NCBI GenBank assembly: GCA_964424285.1
Contig: CAYRIJ010000002.1
Span: 6,261-54,871 of the forward strand
DNA: 48,611 bases
Reading direction: 5' to 3'
From: an uncultured bacterium
GTDB lineage: Bacteria; Eisenbacteria; RBG-16-71-46; JABDJR01
Of the stretch, positions 16,687 to 26,373 are shown piece by piece (positions within the stretch are counted from its first letter, which is position 1; every line of letters begins with the position of its first letter). A program made the translations under genes and the position numbers. The notes beneath the pieces are model-generated. The model saw nothing but the letters and a program-made list of their open reading frames with translations. It did not search any database and was not told the origin of the DNA.

Positions 16687-18552
16687 ATGCGCGTTTCCCG
16701 TCGCTTCACCCTGGCCATGATGCTCTTGCTCGGCGCCGCCGCCCTGGGGGCCGCCGGGTGCGGGAGGGGGGACGAGAAGGCCCATGAACAGGGGACCGGC
16801 GCCCCGGCCGCGGGCGTCGCGCGTCCGGACACCCTTCCCCGGCCGGCGGGGGCCATGGTCAAGGAGAACGCCTCCGGGATCTACGGGGGGCGCTACGTGG
16901 CCAGCGTGCGCTCCGACCCCAAGACGTGGAACGCGATCATCGCCAACGAGACCTCGACCACCGACATCACCAACCTGCTCTTCGAGGGGATCGTCTCCTT
17001 CAACAACCGGACCCAGGAAACCGAGCCCGCCCTGGCCTCCTCCTGGGACCGGAGCGCGGACGGGCTGGTCTGGACCTTCCACCTCCGCCGGGGGGCCCGC
17101 TGGTCCGACGGGGCGCCGATCACCGCCGACGACGTGATGTTCACGTCGCGCATCCTCTACGACCCGAAGATCCACCCTTCGGCCCAGGAGCTGTGCATGG
17201 CGGGGGGGAAACCCTTCCACTTCGAGAAGGTGGACAGCTTCACCGTTCGGGTCACCCTTCCCGAGCCCTACGGCCCGTTCCTCTCGGTGATCGGGAGCGC
17301 GCCGGTCATGCCCCGGCACATGCTCGAAGCGGCCTACGAGTCCGGGAACTTCGAGTCGGCCTACGGGGTGGACACCGCGCCCGCCGACATCGTGACCAGC
17401 GGCCCGTGGCGGCTGGCCGAGCTGGTGCCCCAGCAGAAGGTGATCCTGAAGCCGAATCCCTACTTCTTCGAGTACGACCCCGCCGGCCACCGGCTCCCGT
17501 ACCTGGACGAGCTGGTGTACCTGGTGGTGCCGGACCAGAACGCCGAGGTCCTCAAGTTCCAGGGCGGCGAGTCGGACGAGATCTACTTCCGGGCCGAGGA
17601 TTACGCCCACATGAAGGACGGCGAGCAGGCGGGGAACTACACCGTGTACGACCTGGGAATGGAGATGGGGTCGAACATGGTCTGGTTCAACCTCAACACC
17701 GGGAAGAATCCCAAGACCGGGAAGCCCTACGTGGACCCGGTCAAGGAGGCCTGGTTCCAGAACCTCGACTTCCGGCGGGCGGTGGCCCACGCGGTGGACC
17801 GGAAGTCCATCGCCGAGACGGTGTACTACGGCACCGCCGACCCCCTCTACGGACCCATCCCCCCGGTGAACAAGAAGTGGTACAACCCGAACATCCAGAA
17901 ATTCACCTACGACCTCGACGAGGCCCGCCGCCTCCTGGACCAGGCGGGCATGAAGGACCGGGACGGGGACGGGGTGCGGGAGGATGCCGGGGGACACCCC
18001 ATCTCCTTCGTGATCTACACCAACGCGGACAGCCGCGAGCGGGTGGCCACCGGGAACATCCTGGTGGACGATCTGTCCAAGATCGGCATCAAGGCCACCA
18101 TGGCCCCGAGCGAGTTCAACGCCATCATCACCAAGCTTCGGGATTCCTTCGACTACGACGCCATTCTGCTGGGCCTCACCGGGGGCGTCCCCCCCGATCC
18201 CATCATGTCGTCCAACGTGTTCAAGTCCTCGGGGAAGACCCACTTCTGGTATCCGGAGCAGAAGCATCCGCACACCGCCTGGGAGGCCCAGGTGGACAGC
18301 CTCATGAACGCCCAGGTGACCATGATGGACCCGGCGGCCCGGAAGGCGGTGTTCGACCAGGTCCAGCTCATCATCTCGGAGCAGGTTCCCATGATCTACA
18401 CGGTGAGCCGGCGCGGCTTCATCGCCGTCCGCAACAACTTCACCGGTCTGGAGCCGACCGTGCTCCGGCCCTGGGTGCTCTGGCAGAGCGAGACGGTGAG
18501 CTACGATCCCGCGCGGGCGCACCGGGAACCGGCCCAGCGCGCGGGGAACTGA
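16687..18552 (+). CDS. ABC transporter substrate-binding lipoprotein, family 5 (peptide/nickel, OppA/DppA-like)
   Basis: Lipobox LGAAGC. Size of 621 aa. It is followed by two permeases and two ATPases of the Opp/Dpp type. Family-5 style motifs such as WSDGAPITADDV are present. Confidence 0.88.
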   Translation: MRVSRRFTLAMMLLLGAAALGAAGCGRGDEKAHEQGTGAPAAGVARPDTLPRPAGAMVKENASGIYGGRYVASVRSDPKTWNAIIANETSTTDITNLLFEGIVSFNNRTQETEPALASSWDRSADGLVWTFHLRRGARWSDGAPITADDVMFTSRILYDPKIHPSAQELCMAGGKPFHFEKVDSFTVRVTLPEPYGPFLSVIGSAPVMPRHMLEAAYESGNFESAYGVDTAPADIVTSGPWRLAELVPQQKVILKPNPYFFEYDPAGHRLPYLDELVYLVVPDQNAEVLKFQGGESDEIYFRAEDYAHMKDGEQAGNYTVYDLGMEMGSNMVWFNLNTGKNPKTGKPYVDPVKEAWFQNLDFRRAVAHAVDRKSIAETVYYGTADPLYGPIPPVNKKWYNPNIQKFTYDLDEARRLLDQAGMKDRDGDGVREDAGGHPISFVIYTNADSRERVATGNILVDDLSKIGIKATMAPSEFNAIITKLRDSFDYDAILLGLTGGVPPDPIMSSNVFKSSGKTHFWYPEQKHPHTAWEAQVDSLMNAQVTMMDPAARKAVFDQVQLIISEQVPMIYTVSRRGFIAVRNNFTGLEPTVLRPWVLWQSETVSYDPARAHREPAQRAGN

Positions 18553-18561
18553 CCCAGGGAC

Positions 18562-19527
18562 GTGATCAAGCTCATCCTCAAGCGGCTCCTGCATATGATC
18601 CCCGTGCTCCTGGGGATCTCCTTCCTCACCTTCATGGTGATGCAGCTCGCGCCGGGGGACTTCCTCTCCACCATGGAGCTCAATCCCCAGGTCAGCGAGG
18701 CCACCATCGCCTCCATGCGCGCCCGCTTCGGCCTGGATCAGCCCTGGTACATCCAGTACCTGACCTGGCTCAAGAACATCTTCCTGCACCTGGATTTCGG
18801 CGAATCCTTCTCCCGCCACCAGGCGGTGTTCGGGGTGCTGAGCACCGCGCTCCTGAACACCTTCATCCTGGCCGCGGCCGCCGCGTTGATCACCTGGGCG
18901 TTCGCGGTGCCCCTGGGCATCGTGGCCGCGGTGAAGCAGAACTCCTGGCTCGACAAGCTCTCCTCCACGGTGGCCTTCCTGGGGATCTCCGTTCCCGAGG
19001 TCTTCCTGGCCCTCCTGTTCATCCTCCTCGCGGCCAAGACCGGGTGGTTCCCCACCGGGGGGATGAAGAGCCTCAACTACGAGCAGTTCTCCTGGTGGGG
19101 GAAGGTGGTGGACGTGGGGAGGCACCTGTTCCTCCCCGCGGTGGTGCTGGCCACGGTGCCCCTGGCCGGCCGCATGCGACAGATGCGGGGGAATCTCCTC
19201 GATGTTCTGCGCGCCGACTACGTGACCACGGCCCGGGCCAAGGGTCTCCCCGAGCGGACGGTGATCGTGAAGCATGCGGTGCGGAACGCCATCAACCCCC
19301 TCATCACCCTCTTCGGCTACACCCTGGGGAGCCTCTTGTCCGGGGCGTTCCTGGTGGAGGTGGTGATGTCCTGGCCGGGGCTGGGACGCATCACCATCGA
19401 CGCCCTGGTGGCCCGGGACCTCTATCTCATCATGGGTTCGGTGCTCATGGCCTCGACCCTGCTCATCCTCGGAAACCTGGTGGCGGACATCCTCCTCGCC
19501 CTGGTCGACCCCCGGATCGAGGTCTGA
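18562..19527 (+). CDS. ABC transporter permease (OppB/DppB-like)
   Basis: Typical N-terminus ILKRLLHMIPVLLGISFLTFMVMQLAPGD and EAA-loop region YVTTARAKGL. Confidence 0.9.
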   Translation: MIKLILKRLLHMIPVLLGISFLTFMVMQLAPGDFLSTMELNPQVSEATIASMRARFGLDQPWYIQYLTWLKNIFLHLDFGESFSRHQAVFGVLSTALLNTFILAAAAALITWAFAVPLGIVAAVKQNSWLDKLSSTVAFLGISVPEVFLALLFILLAAKTGWFPTGGMKSLNYEQFSWWGKVVDVGRHLFLPAVVLATVPLAGRMRQMRGNLLDVLRADYVTTARAKGLPERTVIVKHAVRNAINPLITLFGYTLGSLLSGAFLVEVVMSWPGLGRITIDALVARDLYLIMGSVLMASTLLILGNLVADILLALVDPRIEV

Positions 19528-19528
19528 C

Positions 19529-20662
19529 ATGGCCACCCTGGACGAGCGGACCCCGGGAACCCGGACGGAGGCCTTCGCGGACGTCTCGTCCGGGATGAGT
19601 CCCTACCGGGTGTTCTGGCGGCACTTCCGGCGGGCCCAGCTCGCGGTGGCCGGCGGGGTGGTCCTCATCATCTTCTACCTCACCGCGTTGTTCGCTCCGT
19701 TCGTTGCGCCCTACTCCATGGAGACCCAGGATCGGGAGCGCTTCTTCCATCCCCCCACCGCGATTCACCTGCAGGACGCCCAGGGCCGGTGGCACGCCCC
19801 GTTCGTCTACGGCACCCGGCTCACCGACCGCCTCCGGATCGTCTACGAGGACGACACCTCACGGCGCTATCCGGTGAAGCTCTTTCCCCGCGGCGAGCCC
19901 TACAAGCTCCTCTGGCTCATCCCCACCCACATCCACCTCTTCGGGGTGGAGCCCCCGGGGAAGATCTTCCTCTTCGGGGCCGACCAGTTCGGCCGCGACG
20001 TGTTCTCGCGGCTCCTCTTCGGGGGGAGGATCTCCCTCTCGGTGGGGCTCTTCGGCATCGTCATCACCTACACCCTGGGGCTGTTGTTCGGGGGCATCGC
20101 CGGGTATTACCGGGGGTTGGTGGACAACCTCCTCATGCGCCTCTCCGAGATCATGATGTCGATCCCCGCCCTCTACCTGATCCTGGCCCTTCGGGCCGCG
20201 TTCCCCGCCGACATGCGCTCCGACCTTCTCTACCTGATCATCATTCTCATCCTGTCCCTGGTGCTCTGGGCCTCCCTAGCCCGGATCATCCGGGGCATGG
20301 TGCTGAGCCTCCGGGAGAACGAGTACGTGACCGCGGCCGAGGCCCTGGGCATGTCCTCGCTCCGGATCATCGTCCGGCACATCCTCCCCAACACCGCCTC
20401 CTTCGTGATCGTGGCCGCCACCCTGAGCGTGCCCGGGTACATCCTGGGGGAGGTCGCCCTCTCCTTCCTGGGGGCGGGGATCCAGGAGCCGGTGGCCTCC
20501 TGGGGGAACATGCTCCAGCAGGCCCAGAGCATCCGGGTGCTCACCTCGTTCCCCTGGATTCTCACCCCGGGGATCTTCATCTTCCTGACCGTCCTCGCCT
20601 TCAACTTCCTGGGGGACGGGTTGCGCGACGCCCTCGATCCCCGCAAAGTGGAGGGGAAATAG
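19529..20662 (+). CDS. ABC transporter permease (OppC/DppC-like)
   Basis: Motifs [18 protein letters not shown] and [15 protein letters not shown] lies 1 nt after the upstream stop. Confidence 0.9.
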   Translation: MATLDERTPGTRTEAFADVSSGMSPYRVFWRHFRRAQLAVAGGVVLIIFYLTALFAPFVAPYSMETQDRERFFHPPTAIHLQDAQGRWHAPFVYGTRLTDRLRIVYEDDTSRRYPVKLFPRGEPYKLLWLIPTHIHLFGVEPPGKIFLFGADQFGRDVFSRLLFGGRISLSVGLFGIVITYTLGLLFGGIAGYYRGLVDNLLMRLSEIMMSIPALYLILALRAAFPADMRSDLLYLIIILILSLVLWASLARIIRGMVLSLRENEYVTAAEALGMSSLRIIVRHILPNTASFVIVAATLSVPGYILGEVALSFLGAGIQEPVASWGNMLQQAQSIRVLTSFPWILTPGIFIFLTVLAFNFLGDGLRDALDPRKVEGK

Positions 20663-20706
20663 TGCCCCCCCGCGACCCGGCCGCCGACCGCGGCCAAGGA
20701 GTTCCC

Positions 20707-21732
20707 GTGACCCCGAATCCGACCCCCGGACCCGCGCCCCTTCTGGAAGTCCGGGACCTGCGCACGGTGTTCGACACCGACGACGGCGAGGTGCAGGCGG
20801 TGAACGGGGTCTCCTTCGACGTGGGGGCGGGGGAGACCCTGGGGGTGGTGGGGGAGTCGGGCTGCGGGAAGAGCGTGACCGCCTTCAGCATCCTCCGGCT
20901 GATCCCGTCGCCCCCCGGGCGGATCGCCGGGGGACAGGTGCTATTCCGCGGTCGCGATCTCCTGTCCCTCGACGACGAGGCCATGAGGCGGATCCGGGGG
21001 AACGAGATCTCGATGGTGTTTCAGGAGCCCATGACCGCCCTCAACCCGGTGTACACCGTCGGGGACCAGATCATGGAGGCGGTGCGCCTCCACCAGAAGG
21101 TGGGGAAGAGGGAGGCCCGGCGGCGCGCGGTGGAGATGCTGACCAAGGTGGGGATTCCCTCCCCGGACCAGCGGGTGGACGAGTATCCCCACCAGCTCTC
21201 GGGGGGGATGCGCCAGCGGGTGATGATCGCCATGGCCCTCTCCTGCAATCCCGCGGTGCTCATCGCCGACGAGCCCACCACCGCCCTCGACGTCACCATC
21301 CAGGCCCAGATCCTCGAGCTCCTGAAGAGCCTTCAGGCCGAGCTGGGCATGGCCATGATCCTCATCACCCACGACCTGGGGGTGATCGCGGAGACCGCGG
21401 ACCGGGTGGCGGTGATGTACGCGGGGAAGGTGGTGGAGTACACCGACATCCGCACCCTGTTCGCCGCTCCGAGCCATCCCTACACCATCGGCCTCCTCGA
21501 GTCGATCCCCCGCATGACCGAGCGGAAGGAGCGGTTGAGCGTGATCCCCGGGACCGTGCCCCCGCCCACCGCCTTCCCGCCGGGCTGCGCGTTCCATCCG
21601 CGTTGCCCCTTCCTGGACGACGTGTGCCGGCGGGAGGAGCCGGCGCTCGAGCCGTGCGGCGAGGGCCACGAGGTGCGCTGCCATCGCTGGCGCGAGATCC
21701 CGGCGCTCCGGGCCGAGGGGGTGAGCTTCTGA
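20707..21732 (+). CDS. ABC transporter ATP-binding protein (OppD/DppD-like)
   Basis: GTG at 20707 is preceded by an AAGGAG RBS. Walker A GESGCGKS, signature LSGGMRQR, Walker [12 protein letters not shown], and a C-terminal Cys-rich oligopeptide-ATPase tail. Confidence 0.9.
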   Translation: MTPNPTPGPAPLLEVRDLRTVFDTDDGEVQAVNGVSFDVGAGETLGVVGESGCGKSVTAFSILRLIPSPPGRIAGGQVLFRGRDLLSLDDEAMRRIRGNEISMVFQEPMTALNPVYTVGDQIMEAVRLHQKVGKREARRRAVEMLTKVGIPSPDQRVDEYPHQLSGGMRQRVMIAMALSCNPAVLIADEPTTALDVTIQAQILELLKSLQAELGMAMILITHDLGVIAETADRVAVMYAGKVVEYTDIRTLFAAPSHPYTIGLLESIPRMTERKERLSVIPGTVPPPTAFPPGCAFHPRCPFLDDVCRREEPALEPCGEGHEVRCHRWREIPALRAEGVSF

Positions 21733-23141
21733 TGCTCGGAAACCTCCTGGTGGCCCACGTGGTGTTCATCCTGCTGGCGCTGCCCCTGGGGGCGCGGGCG
21801 GCGCGGGAGGCCCGGGACGCGGGGATGTCCCCGCTTCTCGCCCGAGGCCTCCTGGCGGGGTTCGGGCTCTACGGCTACTACGCGTCCTCGGTCACGCGGG
21901 ACGCGCGGGTCCGGGAGCTGGGGGCGCCGGTGACCTGGGGCGCTCTGGGTCTGGTCGCCGGCCTCGCCGCGGAACTCCTCGTCCTCGCCGGCGTCGCGCC
22001 GCTCGCCGCGATTCTCGCCGGGGGCGGGCTCTGGCTGGGTTTCCACCTGGTCTACCTGGCCCGCCGTCCCGATCTCACCGTGAAGCGGATCCTGGGGCGC
22101 GCCGGGCGGATGGGGCGTCGCATCGACGCCGACGGCGAGTTGCTGGTCCTGGAAGGGCTCACCAAGCACTTTCCGATCCGCAAGGGGTTCCTGGGCCGGA
22201 CGGTGGGGGCGGTGCGCGCGGTGGACGGGGTGAACCTCCAGGTGCGGGAAGGGGAAACCCTGGGCCTGGTGGGGGAGTCCGGCTGCGGCAAGACGACCAC
22301 CGGACGGCTGGTGCTCCGTCTCCTCGAGCCCACCGCCGGATCCATCCGCTATCGCGGGGTGGACCTCGCCCAGCTCACCACCTCCGAGCTTCGGGTCATG
22401 CGGAAAGAGATCCAGATCATCTTCCAGGACCCCTACTCCAGCCTCAACCCGCGCATGACGGTGGAGTCGATGATCAAGGAGGCGCTGGCCATTCACGGCA
22501 TCGCCCGGGGCCGCGACGCCTCGCGCCGGGTGGGGGAACTGCTGGAGACGGTGGGGCTCTCCGCCTATCACGCCCGCCGCTACCCCCACGAGTTCTCGGG
22601 GGGGCAGCGCCAGCGGATCGGCATCGCCCGCGCCCTGGCGGTGGAGCCCCGGCTGCTCATCTGCGACGAACCGGTGAGCGCCCTGGACGTCTCCATCCAG
22701 GCCCAGATCGTGAACCTGCTCAAGGACCTCCAGCGCCGGTTCAACCTGACCTACGTCTTCATCGCCCACGACCTCAACGTGGTCGAGCACATCAGCGATC
22801 GGGTGGCGGTCATGTACCTGGGACGTGTGGTGGAGTTGGCGGAGCGGGACGCCATCTACCGGAATCCTCTCCATCCCTACACGCGGGCGCTTCTCTCCGC
22901 GGTGCCGGTTCCCGATCCGGCCATGGCCAAGGCGCGCATCATCCTGCGCGGCGATGTGCCGAGCCCGGCCCACCCCCCGTCCGGCTGCCGGTTCCACCCC
23001 CGGTGCCCCGAGGCCCGTCCCGCCTGCGCCGAGCGGAACCAGGTCCTGACCGAGGTCGAGCCCGGGCACTGGGTGGCCTGCCACCGGGTTCCCGAGCTTC
23101 CTCCCTGGGGGCTGGACATCCAGGCCCGATCCACGCGTTGA
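21732..23141 (+). CDS. ABC transporter ATP-binding protein (OppF/DppF-like) with an in-frame hydrophobic N-terminal extension of about 125 aa
   Basis: Walker A GESGCGKT, signature FSGGQRQR, Walker [12 protein letters not shown]. The ATG at 21732 overlaps the oppD stop (TGATG). An internal alternative ATG at 22110 would give a conventional-length protein. Confidence 0.8.
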   Translation: MLGNLLVAHVVFILLALPLGARAAREARDAGMSPLLARGLLAGFGLYGYYASSVTRDARVRELGAPVTWGALGLVAGLAAELLVLAGVAPLAAILAGGGLWLGFHLVYLARRPDLTVKRILGRAGRMGRRIDADGELLVLEGLTKHFPIRKGFLGRTVGAVRAVDGVNLQVREGETLGLVGESGCGKTTTGRLVLRLLEPTAGSIRYRGVDLAQLTTSELRVMRKEIQIIFQDPYSSLNPRMTVESMIKEALAIHGIARGRDASRRVGELLETVGLSAYHARRYPHEFSGGQRQRIGIARALAVEPRLLICDEPVSALDVSIQAQIVNLLKDLQRRFNLTYVFIAHDLNVVEHISDRVAVMYLGRVVELAERDAIYRNPLHPYTRALLSAVPVPDPAMAKARIILRGDVPSPAHPPSGCRFHPRCPEARPACAERNQVLTEVEPGHWVACHRVPELPPWGLDIQARSTR

Positions 23142-23244
23142 CCCGCCCCTCCGGAGGGAGTACCATGAGCGGGACGATCATCCGTTACTCACCGGAGGAT
23201 CCGGCCTATGCCCACGCTTCGGAACAATCGAGTCCGCCCGCCCG

Positions 23245-23266
23245 CCGCGCCCCTGCGCGGTTTTTT
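23245..23266 (+). terminator. Rho-independent terminator downstream of the ABC operon and upstream of csp
   Basis: CCGCGC-ccct-GCGCGG stem-loop followed immediately by TTTTTT. Confidence 0.6.
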
Positions 23267-23360
23267 CATGCCCGGGGCGGGCCCTCGGGGGCGGGGCGCA
23301 TCCCGGGCCGGGGAGGCCGACGGGGGTGACGATCCCCGGGGGTCCAATCAGGAGGCGAAC

Positions 23361-23576
23361 ATGGAGCATACCGGCATCGTGAAGTGGTTCAACGAGCGAC
23401 GGGGCTACGGGTTCATCGAGCAGATCAAGGGTCCCGACGTGTTCGTCCACCATTCCGCGATCCAGATGGACGGCTATCGAACCCTGGCGCCCGGAACCGA
23501 GGTGGAGTTCGAGGTCGAGGACAGCCCCGAGGGTCCTCAGGCCCGCCGGGTTTCCCTGATCGACGTCGGCGTCTGA
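23361..23576 (+). CDS. cspA: Cold-shock protein (CspA family)
   Basis: RNP1 GYGFI and RNP2 VFVHH motifs. Size of 71 aa. AGGAGG RBS about 6 nt upstream. Confidence 0.95.
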   Translation: MEHTGIVKWFNERRGYGFIEQIKGPDVFVHHSAIQMDGYRTLAPGTEVEFEVEDSPEGPQARRVSLIDVGV

Positions 23577-23646
23577 GTCTTTATCCCGACGAAACTGTCT
23601 TGAAAACAGGGTAGTTACCTTACTTGTTTAAAGCAATTTGGAGCTG

Positions 23647-23672
23647 GGCCCCGGTTCCCGTGAACCGGGGCC
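23647..23672 (+). terminator. Stem-loop terminator candidate after csp
   Basis: Perfect 11-bp inverted repeat GGCCCCGGTTC-ccgt-GAACCGGGGCC, about 70 nt after the csp stop. The downstream U-tract is weak. Confidence 0.5.
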
Positions 23673-23793
23673 TCGGCCGTTTCCGGAGGAATCCCGGAAT
23701 CCGGCCGGGCCGCCCTCCCGCCCTCAAGATCGTCCGGACAACTGCCGAAAATAGAGCAGGATAGGGGAGAACGCGCGGCTCCGGGGACCGACC

Positions 23794-25182
23794 ATGCCCA
23801 AACGCATCCAAAACGTACACCTCATGACCCTGCTGGTGGCGGGGCTACTGGGGGGATTGTTCCTGGCCTCGAACCGGTCGCTGGGACCCTTCCCGGTGGT
23901 GCTGGCCACCTGGTTCGCCGCCTGTCTCGCCGCCGAGGCGCTGTGGCACCGTGCGCTCGACCGGATCACCGTCTTGACCATGGCCCCCGCCGCTCATCTG
24001 GCCGCGCTGGCCGTGCTCCCGATCTCCTGGAGCCTTCTCCTGGTTCCCCTATCGTGCCTGGCGGGGGGGCTCCTGTGGCGGCGGGAGAAGCTGCGGGAGG
24101 CGCTCGGGTGGGCGCTCGCCTCCGTCGTCCCCTCGGTGGCGGCGCTGGAGGTGCTGGTGCTCACCGGAACCCACGTTCCGGTCACCGAGCGGGGGTTGAG
24201 CGCGGCGTTCGTGCTTCTCCATCCCCGGCAGATCTTCTGGCTCATCGTGGCCGGGGGGGTGTACCTGGTGGTGAGCCAGGCCGTCCGCGCCCTGGTCACC
24301 GGGAGGGAGCGCGGGGTGGGGCCGCTCCGCGCCTGGCGGGGGGCCTACGGAACCGAGACCGAGCTGGTGACCTCGGCGGCCATGATCACGGTGGGAGTGC
24401 TGGGGGTCTTCTGCTACGAGATTCTGGGGTATCGGGGGCTCCTGCTCTGCGTCATGCCGATCCTCTTCGTGCGGGACGGCTCCCGGCGGTACCTGGAGCT
24501 GGAGGCGGCCCAGGCCAAGCTCATCCAGAACGAGCGGCTGGCCGCCAAGGGGGAAATGGCCGCGGAGATCGGGCACGAGCTGAACAACTACCTCGCCGCG
24601 GTCTCCGGACGGGCCCAGCTCCTGATCCGAAACCTCGGCGACGCTCCCGGCGGCGTGCTCGGCGCCGAAGCGGAACGCATCCGCCAGCTCTCCACCCAGA
24701 TGGCGGAATTGGCCCGGGGGCTCATGGACTTCTCCCACCGCGAGGTGAAGCGGTCCGCGTTCGGGCTCAACGAGCTGGTGGAGAAGACGGTGGACTTCGT
24801 CCGCCCCCAGACCCGATTCCGCGGGGTGAGCTTCGCGTTTCGCCTGGACCCGGATCTTCCCCCGGTGGAGATGGATCCCGGCCAGATCCAGCAGGTTCTC
24901 CTGACCCTCTTCGGGCGGATGGCCGACCGGCCGGGCGCCGGTCCGGCGACGCGGAACCTGGAGATCCGGACCTTCGTCGACGACCGCCGGAAGACGGTGG
25001 GCATCGAGATCCGCACCCCACGCGGAGCCGGGACCGACGCGGCGGGGGAGAGCGACACCGAGTCCGTCGAGGCCACCCTCGGCGTCGTCAACCGCATCCT
25101 CGATCGCCACCAGGGCCGGTTCGAAACGACCCCGATCGAGGACCCCGAGGAGACCTACCGGGTCCTCCTCCCCGCCGCCTGA
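23794..25182 (+). CDS. Membrane-bound sensor histidine kinase with a degenerate ATP-binding domain; no response regulator in the window
   Basis: About 230 aa polytopic N-terminus. Coiled linker and H-box EMAAEIGHELNNYLAAV. The C-terminal HATPase-like region has non-canonical N and G boxes. Confidence 0.8.
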   Translation: MPKRIQNVHLMTLLVAGLLGGLFLASNRSLGPFPVVLATWFAACLAAEALWHRALDRITVLTMAPAAHLAALAVLPISWSLLLVPLSCLAGGLLWRREKLREALGWALASVVPSVAALEVLVLTGTHVPVTERGLSAAFVLLHPRQIFWLIVAGGVYLVVSQAVRALVTGRERGVGPLRAWRGAYGTETELVTSAAMITVGVLGVFCYEILGYRGLLLCVMPILFVRDGSRRYLELEAAQAKLIQNERLAAKGEMAAEIGHELNNYLAAVSGRAQLLIRNLGDAPGGVLGAEAERIRQLSTQMAELARGLMDFSHREVKRSAFGLNELVEKTVDFVRPQTRFRGVSFAFRLDPDLPPVEMDPGQIQQVLLTLFGRMADRPGAGPATRNLEIRTFVDDRRKTVGIEIRTPRGAGTDAAGESDTESVEATLGVVNRILDRHQGRFETTPIEDPEETYRVLLPAA

Positions 25183-25185
25183 GCG

Positions 25186-25202
25186 GGCCCCCGAAAGGGG
25201 CC
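25186..25202. terminator. Short GC hairpin between the convergent histidine kinase and CsgG-like genes
   Basis: GGCCCC-cgaaa-GGGGCC lies in the 39-nt convergent gap. It has no clear U-tract. Confidence 0.3.
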
Positions 25203-25221
25203 GGCGAACCGGGCCCGGGGC

Positions 25222-26325
25222 TCAGTTGGTGTTCATGGCGAAGCCGGTGAGCGCGTTCAGCCGGGCGTCGGCCACGTCGTTGGCCGGGTCCATCTTCTTG
25301 ACCGCCTGCCACTTCTTGACCGCCTCGGAGTACTTTCCCTGGTCTTCCAGCTCCAGGGCCTCGGCGGTGAGGAACTTCGCCTCCACATACCCCTCGCGCT
25401 TCTCGATTCCCTTTTCCAGGGAAGCGAACCGGTTCGCGACCCCCTTGCCGGCGTTCGGGGTGTCCCCGTTCTGGCTCAGCACCTGGTCGATCCCCTGGGC
25501 CAGCGCCTCCACCAGCGAACGCTCGATCTCCAGGAACTTCTCCGGATCCCCCGAGAACTCGCCGGTCACCTGCTTGGTGAGCAGCACCTCGCCGGTCGAG
25601 GTGCGCACCACGCGGGCGTCGATCCGGACCTTCTTGGCCGAGAGCACCATGTACTGGCCGAAGATGAAGGTCTGGGCCCCGAGGAGCTTTCCCGCCTTCA
25701 CCGCCTGCTGGGGGTCGGCGAGGGAGGACTGGGAGAGCTGGATCTCGTCGATGATCTTCTGGGTGCGCTGGCGGTCCACGATCTTGAGATCGGTGGCCTC
25801 GGCCAGATCCGCGGTCACGGTGTGAACGAGCGCGTCCTTGAACAGCGAGAAGTCGTAGTTCTTGAACTTCCCGGTGTAGACCGAGTTGTCCTCGAAGTCC
25901 CCGATGGCCACCGTCTTCGCGTCGATGGGGCCCGCTCCCCCGGCCAGCACGCTGTCCCGGACCACGTTGTAGAGGTCGATCACCGGCGGGGGATAGTTGT
26001 ACTCCGGGGAGAACCGGGCGGTGGGATCGGTCTGGAGCATCCCCGCCACCGAGCCCTTGGCGTCGGTCTGCTTCCGGAGCGCCACGTAGGTGCAGGCCTG
26101 GCACTTGTAGACGTCCACCTTTTCGGGGGCGGCGGGATCGGCGGCCAGCGCCTTGGCCGCCATGGCCAGGGCCTGGTCGTAGTCCTGGTCGTGGTAGGCG
26201 GCGCAGACCGCGTTGGAGTCCGCGCGGGCCGGGGCGGGGGAAGCCGCGAACGCCGCGGCCAGAAGCACGGCGGCGGGGACGGCCAGGACGTGGAGAGGAC
26301 GCTGGAGGGCGGGAAGGGCGTGCAT
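25222..26325 (-). CDS. Secreted CsgG/LpoB-like fold protein flanked by TPR-like helices
   Basis: Signal peptide VLAVPAAVLLAAAFAASPAPARA. The core TVAIGDFEDNS...IVDRQRTQKIIDEIQLSQS...AGKLLGAQTFIFGQY...IDARVVRTSTGEVL matches the CsgG-family pattern as I recall it. Confidence 0.6.
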   Translation of the reverse strand: MHALPALQRPLHVLAVPAAVLLAAAFAASPAPARADSNAVCAAYHDQDYDQALAMAAKALAADPAAPEKVDVYKCQACTYVALRKQTDAKGSVAGMLQTDPTARFSPEYNYPPPVIDLYNVVRDSVLAGGAGPIDAKTVAIGDFEDNSVYTGKFKNYDFSLFKDALVHTVTADLAEATDLKIVDRQRTQKIIDEIQLSQSSLADPQQAVKAGKLLGAQTFIFGQYMVLSAKKVRIDARVVRTSTGEVLLTKQVTGEFSGDPEKFLEIERSLVEALAQGIDQVLSQNGDTPNAGKGVANRFASLEKGIEKREGYVEAKFLTAEALELEDQGKYSEAVKKWQAVKKMDPANDVADARLNALTGFAMNTN

Positions 26326-26373
26326 GGGGTTACCTCCCTGGTTGGGACGCGGCCGACGAGGAACGGGATCGCC

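Noticed and set aside
16926-19598. Long same-strand alternate-frame ORFs: 16926..19598, 32535..35921, 14486..16720, 19789..20706, 2223..3500, 37280..38845, and the first 600 codons of 42012..44870
   Set aside because: They are frame-shifted readings of recognisable genes and give Arg/Pro/Gly-rich nonsense. Only the downstream in-frame parts (oppD from 20707, tssG from 43806) are real.
23003-23329. Small ORFs in the oppF-csp spacer (23003..23329 and the upstream part of 23208..23576)
   Set aside because: Their translations are Arg/Gly/Pro-rich. They span a canonical terminator, and the csp ATG at 23361 has a strong RBS. They are not credible genes.
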